From: Lysobacteraceae bacterium
GTDB lineage: Bacteria > Pseudomonadota > Gammaproteobacteria > Xanthomonadales > BPKI01
DNA length: 48,562 bases
Reading direction: 5' to 3'
NCBI GenBank assembly: GCA_035444205.1
Contig: DAOMOD010000004.1
Location: 1 to 48,562 of the forward strand
Shown here: piece after piece, positions 9,123 to 17,924 of the stretch
Numbering within the stretch: the stretch's first letter is position 1
How the letters are laid out: each line of letters starts with the position of its first letter
Translations under genes and position numbers: made by a program
Notes under the pieces: model-generated
The model's input: the letters and a program-made list of their open reading frames with translations, nothing else
Databases searched by the model: none
What the model was told of the DNA's origin: nothing

Positions 9123-9826
9123 GCGTCGGCCCGCAGCAGGCGATAGCCACCGCCGCGCACGGTGATGAGATGCACCGGGTTCTTCGGGTCGTCCTCGATC
9201 TTGCGGCGCAGCTTGGCGATGTGGATGTCCACGGTTCGCGTTTCGATGCCGAGGTCGCGTCCGTAGCCCCAGACACGGGCCAGCAATTCCTCGCGTGGCA
9301 CCGGGCGGTCGCCGTGACCGGCAAGGTATTGCAGCAGTTCGGTTTCGCGGCGGGTGAGGCGAGTCTCCACCCCGCCGCGGCGAAGGCACAGATTGCGGGT
9401 GTCGATTTCTGCGCCGTCGGTAAGCACGATGCTGCGTTGACCGTCCAGTTCGGGACGCGTGCGCCTGAGTACCGCCTGCACGCGCAGCACCAGTTGCGCC
9501 ACCGAGAACGGCTTGGCCACGTAATCGTCGGCGCCCAGGCGCAGTCCTTCGACAATGTCCTCGTCGGCCGAGCGCGCAGTGAGCATGATCACGGCCTGGT
9601 CGGGGTCGGCCTCGCGGATCGCCTCGCATACGGCGAAGCCGTCCATGCCAGGGAGCATCACATCGAGCAGGATCAGATCGAAGCGCTCGCGCAGGGCACG
9701 CTTGAGGCCTTCGCAGCCGTCGCCGACCGCCTCGATGTCGAAGCCATGATAGACGAACACGTCGACCAGGCCGGTGCGGATGGCCGGTTCGTCTTCGACG
9801 ATGAGCAGGCGAGGCTTGCGTTGCAT
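9119..9826 (-). CDS. OmpR-family response regulator (235 aa)
   Basis: Receiver domain (LLIVEDEPAI...DLILLDVMLPGMDG) plus a winged-helix domain (...VDIHIAKLRRKIEDDPKNPVHLITVRGGGYRL). Confidence 0.9.
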   Translation of the reverse strand: MQRKPRLLIVEDEPAIRTGLVDVFVYHGFDIEAVGDGCEGLKRALRERFDLILLDVMLPGMDGFAVCEAIREADPDQAVIMLTARSADEDIVEGLRLGADDYVAKPFSVAQLVLRVQAVLRRTRPELDGQRSIVLTDGAEIDTRNLCLRRGGVETRLTRRETELLQYLAGHGDRPVPREELLARVWGYGRDLGIETRTVDIHIAKLRRKIEDDPKNPVHLITVRGGGYRLLRADA

Positions 9827-9853
9827 GGTTCGTGCGTCTTCGGTTCCTGGAAT

Positions 9854-9923
9854 GTAGGAGCGGCGAAAGCCGCGATGATCAGCATCGAGCGGAGCGTCTG
9901 ATCGCGGCTTTCGCCGCTCCTAC
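9854..9923. repeat. REP/BIME-like element: perfect 23-bp inverted repeat GTAGGAGCGGCGAAAGCCGCGAT / ATCGCGGCTTTCGCCGCTCCTAC
   Basis: Arms at 9854-9876 and 9901-9923 with a 24-nt spacer. Each arm contains its own GCGGC-GAAA-GCCGC hairpin. It lies in the divergent gap between the response regulator and the pspA-like gene. Confidence 0.7.
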
Positions 9924-10069
9924 CGACAGCAGGCAGAGTAACAATGCGCGGTCTGGCGCGCATGCAAACTCTTTGTAAACCACCCGCCGCAGGTTTTACC
10001 GAAGTCGGTCTGTGACGCCCCCAAGTCCGGGCCTAGCCTTGATCCACACCCACCAACGAGGTTCGGATC

Positions 10070-10597
10070 ATGGCACTCATCACCCGGCTTGGCCGCCTGT
10101 TCAAGGCCGACATGCATGCGGTCATCGACCGCCTGGAAGCGCCCGACGTGCTCTTGAAGCAGGCCGTGCGCGAGATGGAAGAGGCAGTGGCCGCCGGTCA
10201 GCGCGCGCTGGCAGGTGCCGAAGCCGACCGCAAACGCATCGGCGCGCGTCTGGCCGAGCTGACGCAGCAGCGTGAGCGCATCGGTGACGAACTCGATCTC
10301 TGCTTCGAGGCCGGCAACGAACCGCTGGCGCGCGTGCTGCTGCGTCGGCGCCTGCACATTGATCGCGGCGAACGCGTGCTGACGCAACAGGCCGAGGCGC
10401 TCGACGCCGACATCGCCTCACGTCGCGAAACCCTGGAATCGCAGCGCCGCCGGCTGGGCGAGCTGCGCGACAAGGCCGAGGTCTTCGAAGTGGCACCCGA
10501 GCCCGGCGAGGATGCCTTCACCACGTCCGGCCAGGACATCAGCGACGCCGATGTGGAGCTGGCCTTGCTCGCCGAGAAGCGGCGGAGGGCGTCATGA
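10070..10597 (+). CDS. PspA/IM30 family protein (175 aa)
   Basis: MALITRLGRLFKADMHAVIDRLEAPDVLLKQAVREMEEAV... is coiled-coil throughout, the typical PspA/IM30 N-terminus. Confidence 0.8.
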   Translation: MALITRLGRLFKADMHAVIDRLEAPDVLLKQAVREMEEAVAAGQRALAGAEADRKRIGARLAELTQQRERIGDELDLCFEAGNEPLARVLLRRRLHIDRGERVLTQQAEALDADIASRRETLESQRRRLGELRDKAEVFEVAPEPGEDAFTTSGQDISDADVELALLAEKRRRAS

Positions 10598-11148
10598 ACG
10601 CCGCCGGCTTCTGGCGCGGCGCGCTGGTGGCGCTTCTGCTCAGTGCCATCGGCGCGGTCGCGTTCAAGGTGTTTCCGCCGCTGGTCGGCGCCGGCAGCGG
10701 TCTCAAGCTGCTGACGCTGGCGCTGTCGGCCGCCTATCTGCTGTGGCTGCTCGCCCGCCACCACGCCCGCGTCGGGCGCATGGCCAGCGCTGCGGCATGG
10801 CTGGTTGCGGCGACATCGCTGCTGCTGTTCGATCCCGCGCTGTGGGCCTGGCTGCTGGTGCAGGTGGCGCTGCTCTGGCTGCTGCGCTGCCTGTATGCGC
10901 ACGACAGCCTGCACGCGGCACTGCTCGATGCCGGTCTCAACGGCTTCGCGCTGGCTGCCGCCGTCGCTACCGCCGCGCACACGCGCAGCCTGTTTCTCAC
11001 GCTTTGGTGCTTCTTTCTGGTGCAGGCGCTGTACGTGCTGATTCCCGGCCCGGCAGGGCGCAGCGCCCAGGCGCCCGACAGCGATCCCTTCGACACCGCC
11101 GAACGCGCCGCGCAGGTCGCGCTGCGCCGGTTGGCCACCCGTTCCTGA
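10594..11148 (+). CDS. hypothetical integral membrane protein (184 aa)
   Basis: ATGA overlap with the pspA-like stop. About 5 hydrophobic helices. No family recognised. Confidence 0.6.
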   Translation: MNAAGFWRGALVALLLSAIGAVAFKVFPPLVGAGSGLKLLTLALSAAYLLWLLARHHARVGRMASAAAWLVAATSLLLFDPALWAWLLVQVALLWLLRCLYAHDSLHAALLDAGLNGFALAAAVATAAHTRSLFLTLWCFFLVQALYVLIPGPAGRSAQAPDSDPFDTAERAAQVALRRLATRS

Positions 11149-11161
11149 GAGGAGACATCCG

Positions 11162-12343
11162 ATGAAAACCCGACTGTTGATCGTCTTGCTGTTCGTACTC
11201 ACCGCCGGCATCGTGCTCGGCCTGCCCGAGCGCGGCCAGGAACGGCCGCCGCAACCGCAACCGCAGCCTCTTTCGCAGAAGCCGCGCATCGACGCCGTAT
11301 TCGTACTCGACACCACCGGCAGCATGGGCGGGCTGATCCAGGCGGCCAAGGAGAACATCTGGTCGATCGCATCGAGCATGGCCTCGGCGCAGCCGACGCC
11401 GGAGCTGCGCATCGGCCTGGTGGCCTTCCGCGATCGCGGCGACGAGTACGTGACGCGCATGTTCGACCTGTCCACCGATCTCGACGCCATGTACCTCGAG
11501 CTGATGGGTTTCCAGGCCGGCGGTGGCGGCGACTTCCCGGAAGCCGTCAACGAGGCGCTGTACGACGCCGTACACCGCATGTCCTGGACCCAGGACAACA
11601 GCGCCTACAAGGTGATCTTCCTGGTCGGCGACGCGCCGCCGCAGATGAACTATCCGGACGACGTGAAGTATCCGGAAACACTGAAAGTCGCGGGCCAGCG
11701 CGGCATCGTGGTGAACACCATCCAGGCTGGCGACAACGGCGCCACCCGCGCTGCCTGGCAGCAGATCGCCAGTCTGGGCAACGGCGCCAGCTTCAAGGTC
11801 GGCATGCAGGGCGACGCCATCGCCGTGGCTACCCCGTTCGATGAAGAGATCGCACGCATCTCACGGGAGATGGACGATACCCGCCTGTTCTACGGCAGCG
11901 CCGAAACCCAGGCCGCCATGGCACGCAAGGCCGAGGCAGGTGCCGAGCTGGATCGCATCACGACCACCGGAGCACGGGTCAAGCGAGCCCTGTTCAACGC
12001 CTCACCCGCAGGCAGGGACAATTTCCTCGCCGGCGCCGACCTGGTGGACGACATCAGCAGCGGTCGCGTCGACATCGACGCCATTGACGAAGCGCTTCTG
12101 CCGGCCCCGGTGGCCGCGATGGAACCGGAAGCCCGACGCGAGGCCGTCGAGCAGGCCGCCAACCGCCGCGCCGAACTCCAGGCCCGTCTCGGCGAACTGG
12201 CCGCCAAGCGCAGCTTGCACGTCGAGGCCGAACTGCGTTCGCGTGACGATGTCGAGGAAAGCCTCGATCGTCAACTGTTCGAAGTGGTCAAGGCCCAGGC
12301 GGCGAGCAAGGGTTTGAGTTACGAGGGCAAGGAAGTGCATTGA
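11162..12343 (+). CDS. vWA domain-containing protein with N-terminal signal/anchor (393 aa)
   Basis: GAGGAG sits 6 nt upstream of the ATG. MIDAS-type VLDTTGSMGG, ...LVAFRDRGDEY..., ...IFLVGDAPP...; the C-terminal half is coiled-coil. Confidence 0.8.
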   Translation: MKTRLLIVLLFVLTAGIVLGLPERGQERPPQPQPQPLSQKPRIDAVFVLDTTGSMGGLIQAAKENIWSIASSMASAQPTPELRIGLVAFRDRGDEYVTRMFDLSTDLDAMYLELMGFQAGGGGDFPEAVNEALYDAVHRMSWTQDNSAYKVIFLVGDAPPQMNYPDDVKYPETLKVAGQRGIVVNTIQAGDNGATRAAWQQIASLGNGASFKVGMQGDAIAVATPFDEEIARISREMDDTRLFYGSAETQAAMARKAEAGAELDRITTTGARVKRALFNASPAGRDNFLAGADLVDDISSGRVDIDAIDEALLPAPVAAMEPEARREAVEQAANRRAELQARLGELAAKRSLHVEAELRSRDDVEESLDRQLFEVVKAQAASKGLSYEGKEVH

Positions 12344-12369
12344 TGGGCAGGTGACCGGTCGCATTTCGA

Positions 12370-12403
12370 GCCCCTCTTCCCGCCAAGCGGGGAGGGGGGC
12401 TTT
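12370..12403 (+). terminator. intrinsic terminator-like hairpin after the vWA gene
   Basis: GCCCCTCTTCCCGC-CAA-GCGGGGAGGGGGGC forms a 14-bp stem (two G.U pairs) followed by TTT, 27 nt after the stop. Confidence 0.5.
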
Positions 12404-12569
12404 GCAGCGTCCTGCGCAACGGCCAACGGAAAGGGGACAGAGCGGAGCCAGCTCCTCATTGCGACGAGATCGAAGCCATCCACCTGTAGTACCGAATCCT
12501 TCGACGGGGCCAAGGGCATGCTTGCTCGGCACCCCGAACCGGCGCGACGGACCTGCACAGGGGAATCGT

Positions 12570-12734
12570 ATGCGTGGCGCCCAAGCGCGCTACGATCTGC
12601 GGGTGAAGGACAAGAACCGCGAAAGTTTCGATCGCCTGATCCATCGGCTGCTGGCTGAGAACGAGCGTGGCAAGGATCCGGTCATGGATCCTGACGGACG
12701 CTCCGCGCGTCCCGATACGGGTCGCAGGCGGTGA
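12570..12734 (+). CDS. possible 54-aa leader ORF translationally coupled to the PEP-utilising enzyme gene
   Basis: MRGAQARYDLRVKDKNRESFDRLIHRLLAENERGKDPVMDPDGRSARPDTGRRR. Its TGA overlaps the downstream GTG start (GTGA at 12731-12734). GC3 is only about 70%, so coding status is doubtful. Confidence 0.25.
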   Translation: MRGAQARYDLRVKDKNRESFDRLIHRLLAENERGKDPVMDPDGRSARPDTGRRR

Positions 12735-15367
12735 CCCTGCTTGTCACTTTCCCTGGTGCCTCCGAATCGCCGCCCAGCCGTGTCGGCGGCAAGGCCAGCT
12801 CGCTGATGCGGATGGCCGCGGCCGGCTTCCGCGTACCGTCCGGCGCCGTGCTCACCACCGACTTCTTCGCCCCGTGGTTCGCGGAGGTTGGTGGATCGAT
12901 CGCCTGGAAAGCGTTTCTCCAATCCGACCCCGAGCAATGGCCCGAACACTGCGCCGCGCTCAAGGCCCTGGTGGCCGTACTCGCGTGGACCTCCGCGCAG
13001 CGGCAGGCGTTGGCGGACCTCGGGGAATGCCTGTCGCGCCGCGACGGCGAACGCTTCGCAGTGCGCTCGTCGGCGCCCGATGAAGATCGCCCGTCGGCAT
13101 CGTTCGCCGGCGGCCATACCACCCTGCTCGGCGTACCCAGGCACGCTTTGGAAGATGCGGTCCGCAGGTGCTGCGCCTCGGCGCTTGATGCGAGAGTCTT
13201 CGCCTACAAGCGCGAATGCGGTCTCGATGTCGCCCTGCCGCGCATGGCTGTCATCGTCCAGCGGCAGCTCGCCAGCGCAGTCGCCGGCATCGGATTCTCG
13301 CTCAACCCGATCAACAACGACTACGACGAGGCCGTCATCGACGCCAGCTGGGGCCTCGGCGAGGCGGTCGTATCCGGACGCATCACGCCCGATCACTGGG
13401 TGGTGGACAAAGTCACGCGCGCGATTGTCGAGCGAAAGGCGGGTGCCAAGCAGATCGAGATCGTGCTGGCCGAAGACGGCGGCGTGCGCGAGACCGAATC
13501 GCGGGCGTCGAGCGAGCTGTCGCTGAGCGACGCTCAGGTGGCGGAACTGACCGATCTCATCGTGGGCATCGAGGCGCTGTTCGCACGACCGATGGACATC
13601 GAGTGGGCATACGCCAACGATGCACTTCACGTGTTGCAGGCCAGACCCATCACCCGCTACGTGCCGCTGCCACGTGAACTGACCACGGCGCCAGGCGAGC
13701 GCAGGCGGCTGTACACCGATGCGGCGTTGTCGAAAGGCCTGACCACCAACGCGCCGGTCTCCGTGCTCGGTCTCGACATTCTGGAGCGCGGCTTCACCAC
13801 GATCATCGAAGCCTGGACTGGCCGAAGTCGACGCCAGCCGGCGCCTGGCGAGGCCATGTTCCTGTTCGCCGGCGCGCGCATGTACATGAACCTCTCGCCG
13901 CTGTTGTGGATTGCATCGCCGCGGATGCTGGCAAGAAGCAGCGCGCCGACCGACATGCTGATGTCGAAGATTCTCGGCAGCGTCGACCGCAAGCGCTATC
14001 GATCGGCCAGGCGTCCGCAATGGCTTGGGCTCAGGCTGCTCTGGATCGTGCCGCGGTTCATGTGGGGTGTTCGCGGACTCCTGTGGCAACTGCTGACGAC
14101 ACTGATTGCGCCCGAACGCGCGTATCGCGCCTATCAGCGGAAGGTGGCCAGCGTCGAGCGTGCGCTGCGCGACCTGGAGCGGGAAGACCTGTCGCTGGAC
14201 GAACTCCAGCGCCGTTCCGGAGCGATCTTCAGCGCGGCGGTCGGCACGCTGATGGCTGCGCTGGTGGTCGGTCAACTGTCGCCGCGAAGTCTCGTCCGGC
14301 GGACGTCGGCGGAGGAATGCGCATTGGCGGACAGGATCGAGCGCGGCGTGCCGGGCAACGTGGTCGTCGAGATGGGTATCGCCCTGTACCGACTTGCCGG
14401 CCTCGTCGAGCGCTCCGAGTTCGATGATCTGCAGGACCTGGCTGAGCGCATCGAACGGCGGCGGATGCCGGAGGCGTTTCTCCAGGCCTGGGATGATTTC
14501 GTCAGCCGCTATGGCTGCCGCGGTCCGCAGGAGATGGACCTTGCAAGCCCGAGATATGGCGACGATCCGCGACTCATGCTCCAGCAGATGGCGCAGCTTG
14601 TGGTGGCGGGTGCGCTCGATCCCGAAGCACTGCACCGGCAACACGTCGTCGAACGCCAACAGGCATACCTGGCGCTGCTTGGCCGGTTTGGACCGCTGCG
14701 GCGCGCGCTGCTGCGCCGGATCTACCGGCGCAACGAACTGTTCGCGGGAAGTCGCGATACACCGAAGTACCTCAACCTTCTTGGCTACCACCTGGCGCGG
14801 CGTCGCGCCCTGGCGGAGGGACGACGGCTGGTGGAGCGCGGCAGGCTGGACGCGCCCGGGCACATCTTCGATCTGAAGATTGAGGACATTGATCGCGCGC
14901 TGGATGACCCGTCGCTCGATCTTGGAAGCCTGTGCGAGGCGCGCGCTCGCTTCACCCGCACGTTGCTGTCCCACGTGCGCACGTTCCCCCCTGTGATCGA
15001 TTCCCGCGGGCGCATCCTGCGTCCACCAGCGCTGGACGACATCCCGGGACTGTTGCGCGGCATGCCGGTATCGTCGGGCGTGGCGCGCGGCCCGGTGAAG
15101 GTGCTGCGCCGCGCCGACGAGAAGCGCGTCGAAAAGGGCGACGTGCTGGTCGCCTACACCACCGACCCCGGATGGACCCCGCTGTTCGTCAACGCTGCCG
15201 CCGTCGTGCTCGAAGTTGGCGGCGTGTTGCAGCACGGGGCGGTTGTCGCCCGCGAGTACGGCAAGCCTTGCGTGATCGGCATCGACCGCGTCATGGAGCG
15301 GCTGCGCGATGGCGCTATCGTCGAGGTCGACGGCACCACGGGCACCGTTCGAATCGAAGAGCGATGA
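12731..15367 (+). CDS. PEP/pyruvate-binding plus PEP-utilising swivel-domain enzyme with rifampin phosphotransferase-like architecture (878 aa)
   Basis: N-terminal ATP-grasp-type SRVGGKASSLMRMAAAGFRVPSGAVL. C-terminal phosphohistidine domain GDVLVAYTTDPGWTPLF...VGGVLQHGAVVAREYGKPCVIG. Length and domain order match RPH-type enzymes. GTG start. Confidence 0.8.
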   Translation: MTLLVTFPGASESPPSRVGGKASSLMRMAAAGFRVPSGAVLTTDFFAPWFAEVGGSIAWKAFLQSDPEQWPEHCAALKALVAVLAWTSAQRQALADLGECLSRRDGERFAVRSSAPDEDRPSASFAGGHTTLLGVPRHALEDAVRRCCASALDARVFAYKRECGLDVALPRMAVIVQRQLASAVAGIGFSLNPINNDYDEAVIDASWGLGEAVVSGRITPDHWVVDKVTRAIVERKAGAKQIEIVLAEDGGVRETESRASSELSLSDAQVAELTDLIVGIEALFARPMDIEWAYANDALHVLQARPITRYVPLPRELTTAPGERRRLYTDAALSKGLTTNAPVSVLGLDILERGFTTIIEAWTGRSRRQPAPGEAMFLFAGARMYMNLSPLLWIASPRMLARSSAPTDMLMSKILGSVDRKRYRSARRPQWLGLRLLWIVPRFMWGVRGLLWQLLTTLIAPERAYRAYQRKVASVERALRDLEREDLSLDELQRRSGAIFSAAVGTLMAALVVGQLSPRSLVRRTSAEECALADRIERGVPGNVVVEMGIALYRLAGLVERSEFDDLQDLAERIERRRMPEAFLQAWDDFVSRYGCRGPQEMDLASPRYGDDPRLMLQQMAQLVVAGALDPEALHRQHVVERQQAYLALLGRFGPLRRALLRRIYRRNELFAGSRDTPKYLNLLGYHLARRRALAEGRRLVERGRLDAPGHIFDLKIEDIDRALDDPSLDLGSLCEARARFTRTLLSHVRTFPPVIDSRGRILRPPALDDIPGLLRGMPVSSGVARGPVKVLRRADEKRVEKGDVLVAYTTDPGWTPLFVNAAAVVLEVGGVLQHGAVVAREYGKPCVIGIDRVMERLRDGAIVEVDGTTGTVRIEER

Positions 15368-15430
15368 GAGGGTCGTCGTCTTCGTTCATTCAGGGCCTGG
15401 TCGGCCAACTGATCTGAAACCTGGCGTGCT

Positions 15431-15904
15431 TCACCCGCTACCCGGTTGCGCCATCTGGAACAGTGCGTCATAGCGCCGCTGCATTTCCTCGGGTGTGACC
15501 TCCTCGATGCTGTGGCCGATCAGCCAGCGGTGGCCGAAGGGGTCGTAGATGCTGCCGCTGCGTTCGCCGTAGAACGCGTCCTGCGGCGGGCGGTCGAGAC
15601 GGGCGCCGGCGGCGATCGCGCGTTCGATCGCCGCGTCGGCATCATCCACGTGCAGGTGGATGGTGACGCTGGTGCCGGCGTCGGCCTGCGGCCCGACGAT
15701 CCCGCACTCGGGATACGGGTCGGAAAGCATGATGGTGGTGCCGCCGAAATCGAGTTCGGCGTGGCCGATGCGGCCACCCGGCTCGGTCAACCGGAACAGC
15801 TCGCGGGCGCCGAAGGCGCGCTGGTAGAAATCGATGGCTGCCCTGGCATCGCGGACATGCAGATAGGCGAACACTTCGTGGATGGTCATGAGCGCGGCTC
15901 TCAT
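15431..15904 (-). CDS. VOC (glyoxalase/bleomycin-resistance, PhnB-like) family protein
   Basis: ...VFAYLHVRDARAAIDFYQRAFGARELFRL...GHAELDFGGTTIMLSD...DPFGHRWLIG. An alternative start MTIHEV lies at 15889. Confidence 0.8.
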   Translation of the reverse strand: MRAALMTIHEVFAYLHVRDARAAIDFYQRAFGARELFRLTEPGGRIGHAELDFGGTTIMLSDPYPECGIVGPQADAGTSVTIHLHVDDADAAIERAIAAGARLDRPPQDAFYGERSGSIYDPFGHRWLIGHSIEEVTPEEMQRRYDALFQMAQPGSG

Positions 15905-15980
15905 CGGGGAACGTGAAACCTAGCAAGACACCTGGCGGCCGGATTGAACAAAATTGACCACGGGCGGGGCCGGGCGTGGG

Positions 15981-16829
15981 TCAGTGCTGGATCGGCAGGT
16001 GATGCGGGTCAGCGGGTGTCAGCCTGGAATAGGTCCCGGGCGGCACGCCAGCGAAACGACGAAACTCGCGGATCAGGTGCGATTGGTCGGCGTAGCCGCA
16101 ATCCTGGGCGAGCTCGGCCCATGAGCGCGCCGGATGGCTGCGCAGCGCCCGCAGCAACGCACGAAAGCGCAGCAGGCGTTCATGGGCCTTGGGGTTGAGG
16201 CCGACGGCGGCGCGGAAAACTGCGTCGAAGTGGCGGTGGCTGTATCCGCTTGCGGCGACCAGTGTCCCGATGCGATGTCCCGCGCGGAGTCCGGACAGCG
16301 CCACGGCCGCGAGCGGATGCATGGCGTCGGCGTCTTGCAGCCGTGCAGCGAGGACGGCCTCGAAGAAGTCCAGGCGCCGCTCAGGCCGCGGCTCGTCGAG
16401 AAGGCGCTGGCGCAAGTCGCGGGCAGCCGCGCCCCACAGAGCGCCCAACTCCACGTGCTCCCCGGCAAGAACGTCAGCGGGCATGCCGAACAGTGCGCGC
16501 GCCGCAGCGGGGCGAAGCACGGCGCCTACCGAATCCGCGACAGGACCGACCTCGCGAACGTAGTAGGTTTCTCGTGCGCCGCCGACCACAGCGTGACCGA
16601 CGGTCCGGTTGGTGCCCGTGTCTCTCGGGAAAAGCCGCAGCGGCGGCGCATCGAGCCGCACGACCAGGTGCATGTTGCCGGTAGGCAGGACGTGCTCGAT
16701 GCGCGGCAGGTGCGGCACTGCGCTGCGCTGCACCCAAAGCTCGGCGATCCAGGGTCGCAGCGAAGGCGACGGCAGGCGCCGGATCTGGCCCTGCACTGAT
16801 AGCCTTGGGTTGGACGCGACGTCGAGCAC
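15981..16829 (-). CDS. AraC family transcriptional regulator (282 aa)
   Basis: C-terminal HTH ...SWAELAQDCGYADQSHLIREFRRFAGVPPGTY. GTG start. Divergent from the DJ-1/PfpI gene. Confidence 0.85.
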   Translation of the reverse strand: MLDVASNPRLSVQGQIRRLPSPSLRPWIAELWVQRSAVPHLPRIEHVLPTGNMHLVVRLDAPPLRLFPRDTGTNRTVGHAVVGGARETYYVREVGPVADSVGAVLRPAAARALFGMPADVLAGEHVELGALWGAAARDLRQRLLDEPRPERRLDFFEAVLAARLQDADAMHPLAAVALSGLRAGHRIGTLVAASGYSHRHFDAVFRAAVGLNPKAHERLLRFRALLRALRSHPARSWAELAQDCGYADQSHLIREFRRFAGVPPGTYSRLTPADPHHLPIQH

Positions 16830-16934
16830 GTTCGAATGGTATACCGGATGCCCGTGTGGTCCTCTTGATCCGGGTCTTTGTCGGTAGGGAGGCTGCCTGG
16901 CGCATCAAGTTCATCACGTACCAAGGAGATACCC

Positions 16935-17603
16935 ATGTCGATCGAGATTGGTTTTCTGTTGTACCCGGGTGTGACGCAACTGGATTTTTCCGGGCCGTTC
17001 GAGGTGTTCGCCCGCGTGCCCGACGCGCGTGTGCATCTGGTGGCCGGCAGCCTTGATCCGATCACGTCCGATACCGGTCTACGGGTGCTTCCCACCACGA
17101 CGTTCGCCGACTGTCCCGCGCTCGATGTGCTCTGCGTGCCCGGCGGACCGCACGTGGAGAGCGTCTATGACGACGCCGACGCCATGGCCTTCCTGCAGGC
17201 TCAGGGTGCGAATGCACGCTTCGTGACTTCGGTCTGCACGGGATCGCTGATCCTTGGCGCCGCCGGACTGCTGAAGGGATTCAAGGCCACGTCCCACTGG
17301 ACCTCGGTCGACATGCTGAAGCATTTCGGTGCGATCCCGACCGCGGGCCGCGTGGTCACCGACCGCAACCGCATCACCGGCGGCGGCGTCACCGCGGGTA
17401 TCGACCTTGCGCTGACCGTGGTGGCGGCCCTGGCCGGCGAGCGCGTGGCCAAGATGATCCAGCTCGGCCTCGAATACAACCCGGCGCCGCCGTTCGCCTG
17501 CGGGCACCCGGACTCGGCCGATCCCGACATCGTCGCGCCGGTGCTGGCGGCGATGAAGGACCGGATCGAGCGGCGCCGCGATCGTGCGGAGTCCTTTGCT
17601 TGA
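16935..17603 (+). CDS. DJ-1/PfpI family protein (222 aa)
   Basis: Inner start MSIEIGFLLYPGVTQLDFSGPFEVF with AAGGAG at 16923-16928. Nucleophile-elbow-like VTSVCTGSLILGAAGLL. Confidence 0.85.
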   Translation: MSIEIGFLLYPGVTQLDFSGPFEVFARVPDARVHLVAGSLDPITSDTGLRVLPTTTFADCPALDVLCVPGGPHVESVYDDADAMAFLQAQGANARFVTSVCTGSLILGAAGLLKGFKATSHWTSVDMLKHFGAIPTAGRVVTDRNRITGGGVTAGIDLALTVVAALAGERVAKMIQLGLEYNPAPPFACGHPDSADPDIVAPVLAAMKDRIERRRDRAESFA

Positions 17604-17635
17604 CCCGCCCGATGCATTGCGGAGCGACGTGACGG

Positions 17636-17760
17636 TCGCGGCAGAAGCCGCTCCTACAGGAGTGCGGCGGGTTATCGGCCTTTCGTAGCGCGGAGCTTGC
17701 TCCGCTTAGGCGTGAAGGTGTGCGTCGCGGGGGCGGTGCCGAGCAAGCTCGGCACTACAG
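17636..17760. repeat. cluster of three REP-type hairpins
   Basis: 17636-17657 TCGCGGCAGAAGCCGCTCCTAC is the same family as 9854, in reverse orientation. 17685-17705 GTAGCGCGGAGCTTGCTCCGC. 17736-17758 GTGCCGAGCAAGCTCGGCACTAC is inverted relative to the second unit. Confidence 0.6.
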
Positions 17761-17924
17761 AAGCGGCGGGGATTTGAGGTCTCTTGGGCTTCGGACCGGG
17801 ATACCCATTTTCTGGGCGGGGCCACTCAATTGCCGGGTGTCCTCGTTTTCCTATGGCCTTCGATAGGGGAAATTGGCGACCAGAACTCACTGATCGCTCC
17901 GCTCACTTTCATTCTTGCGCCGTC

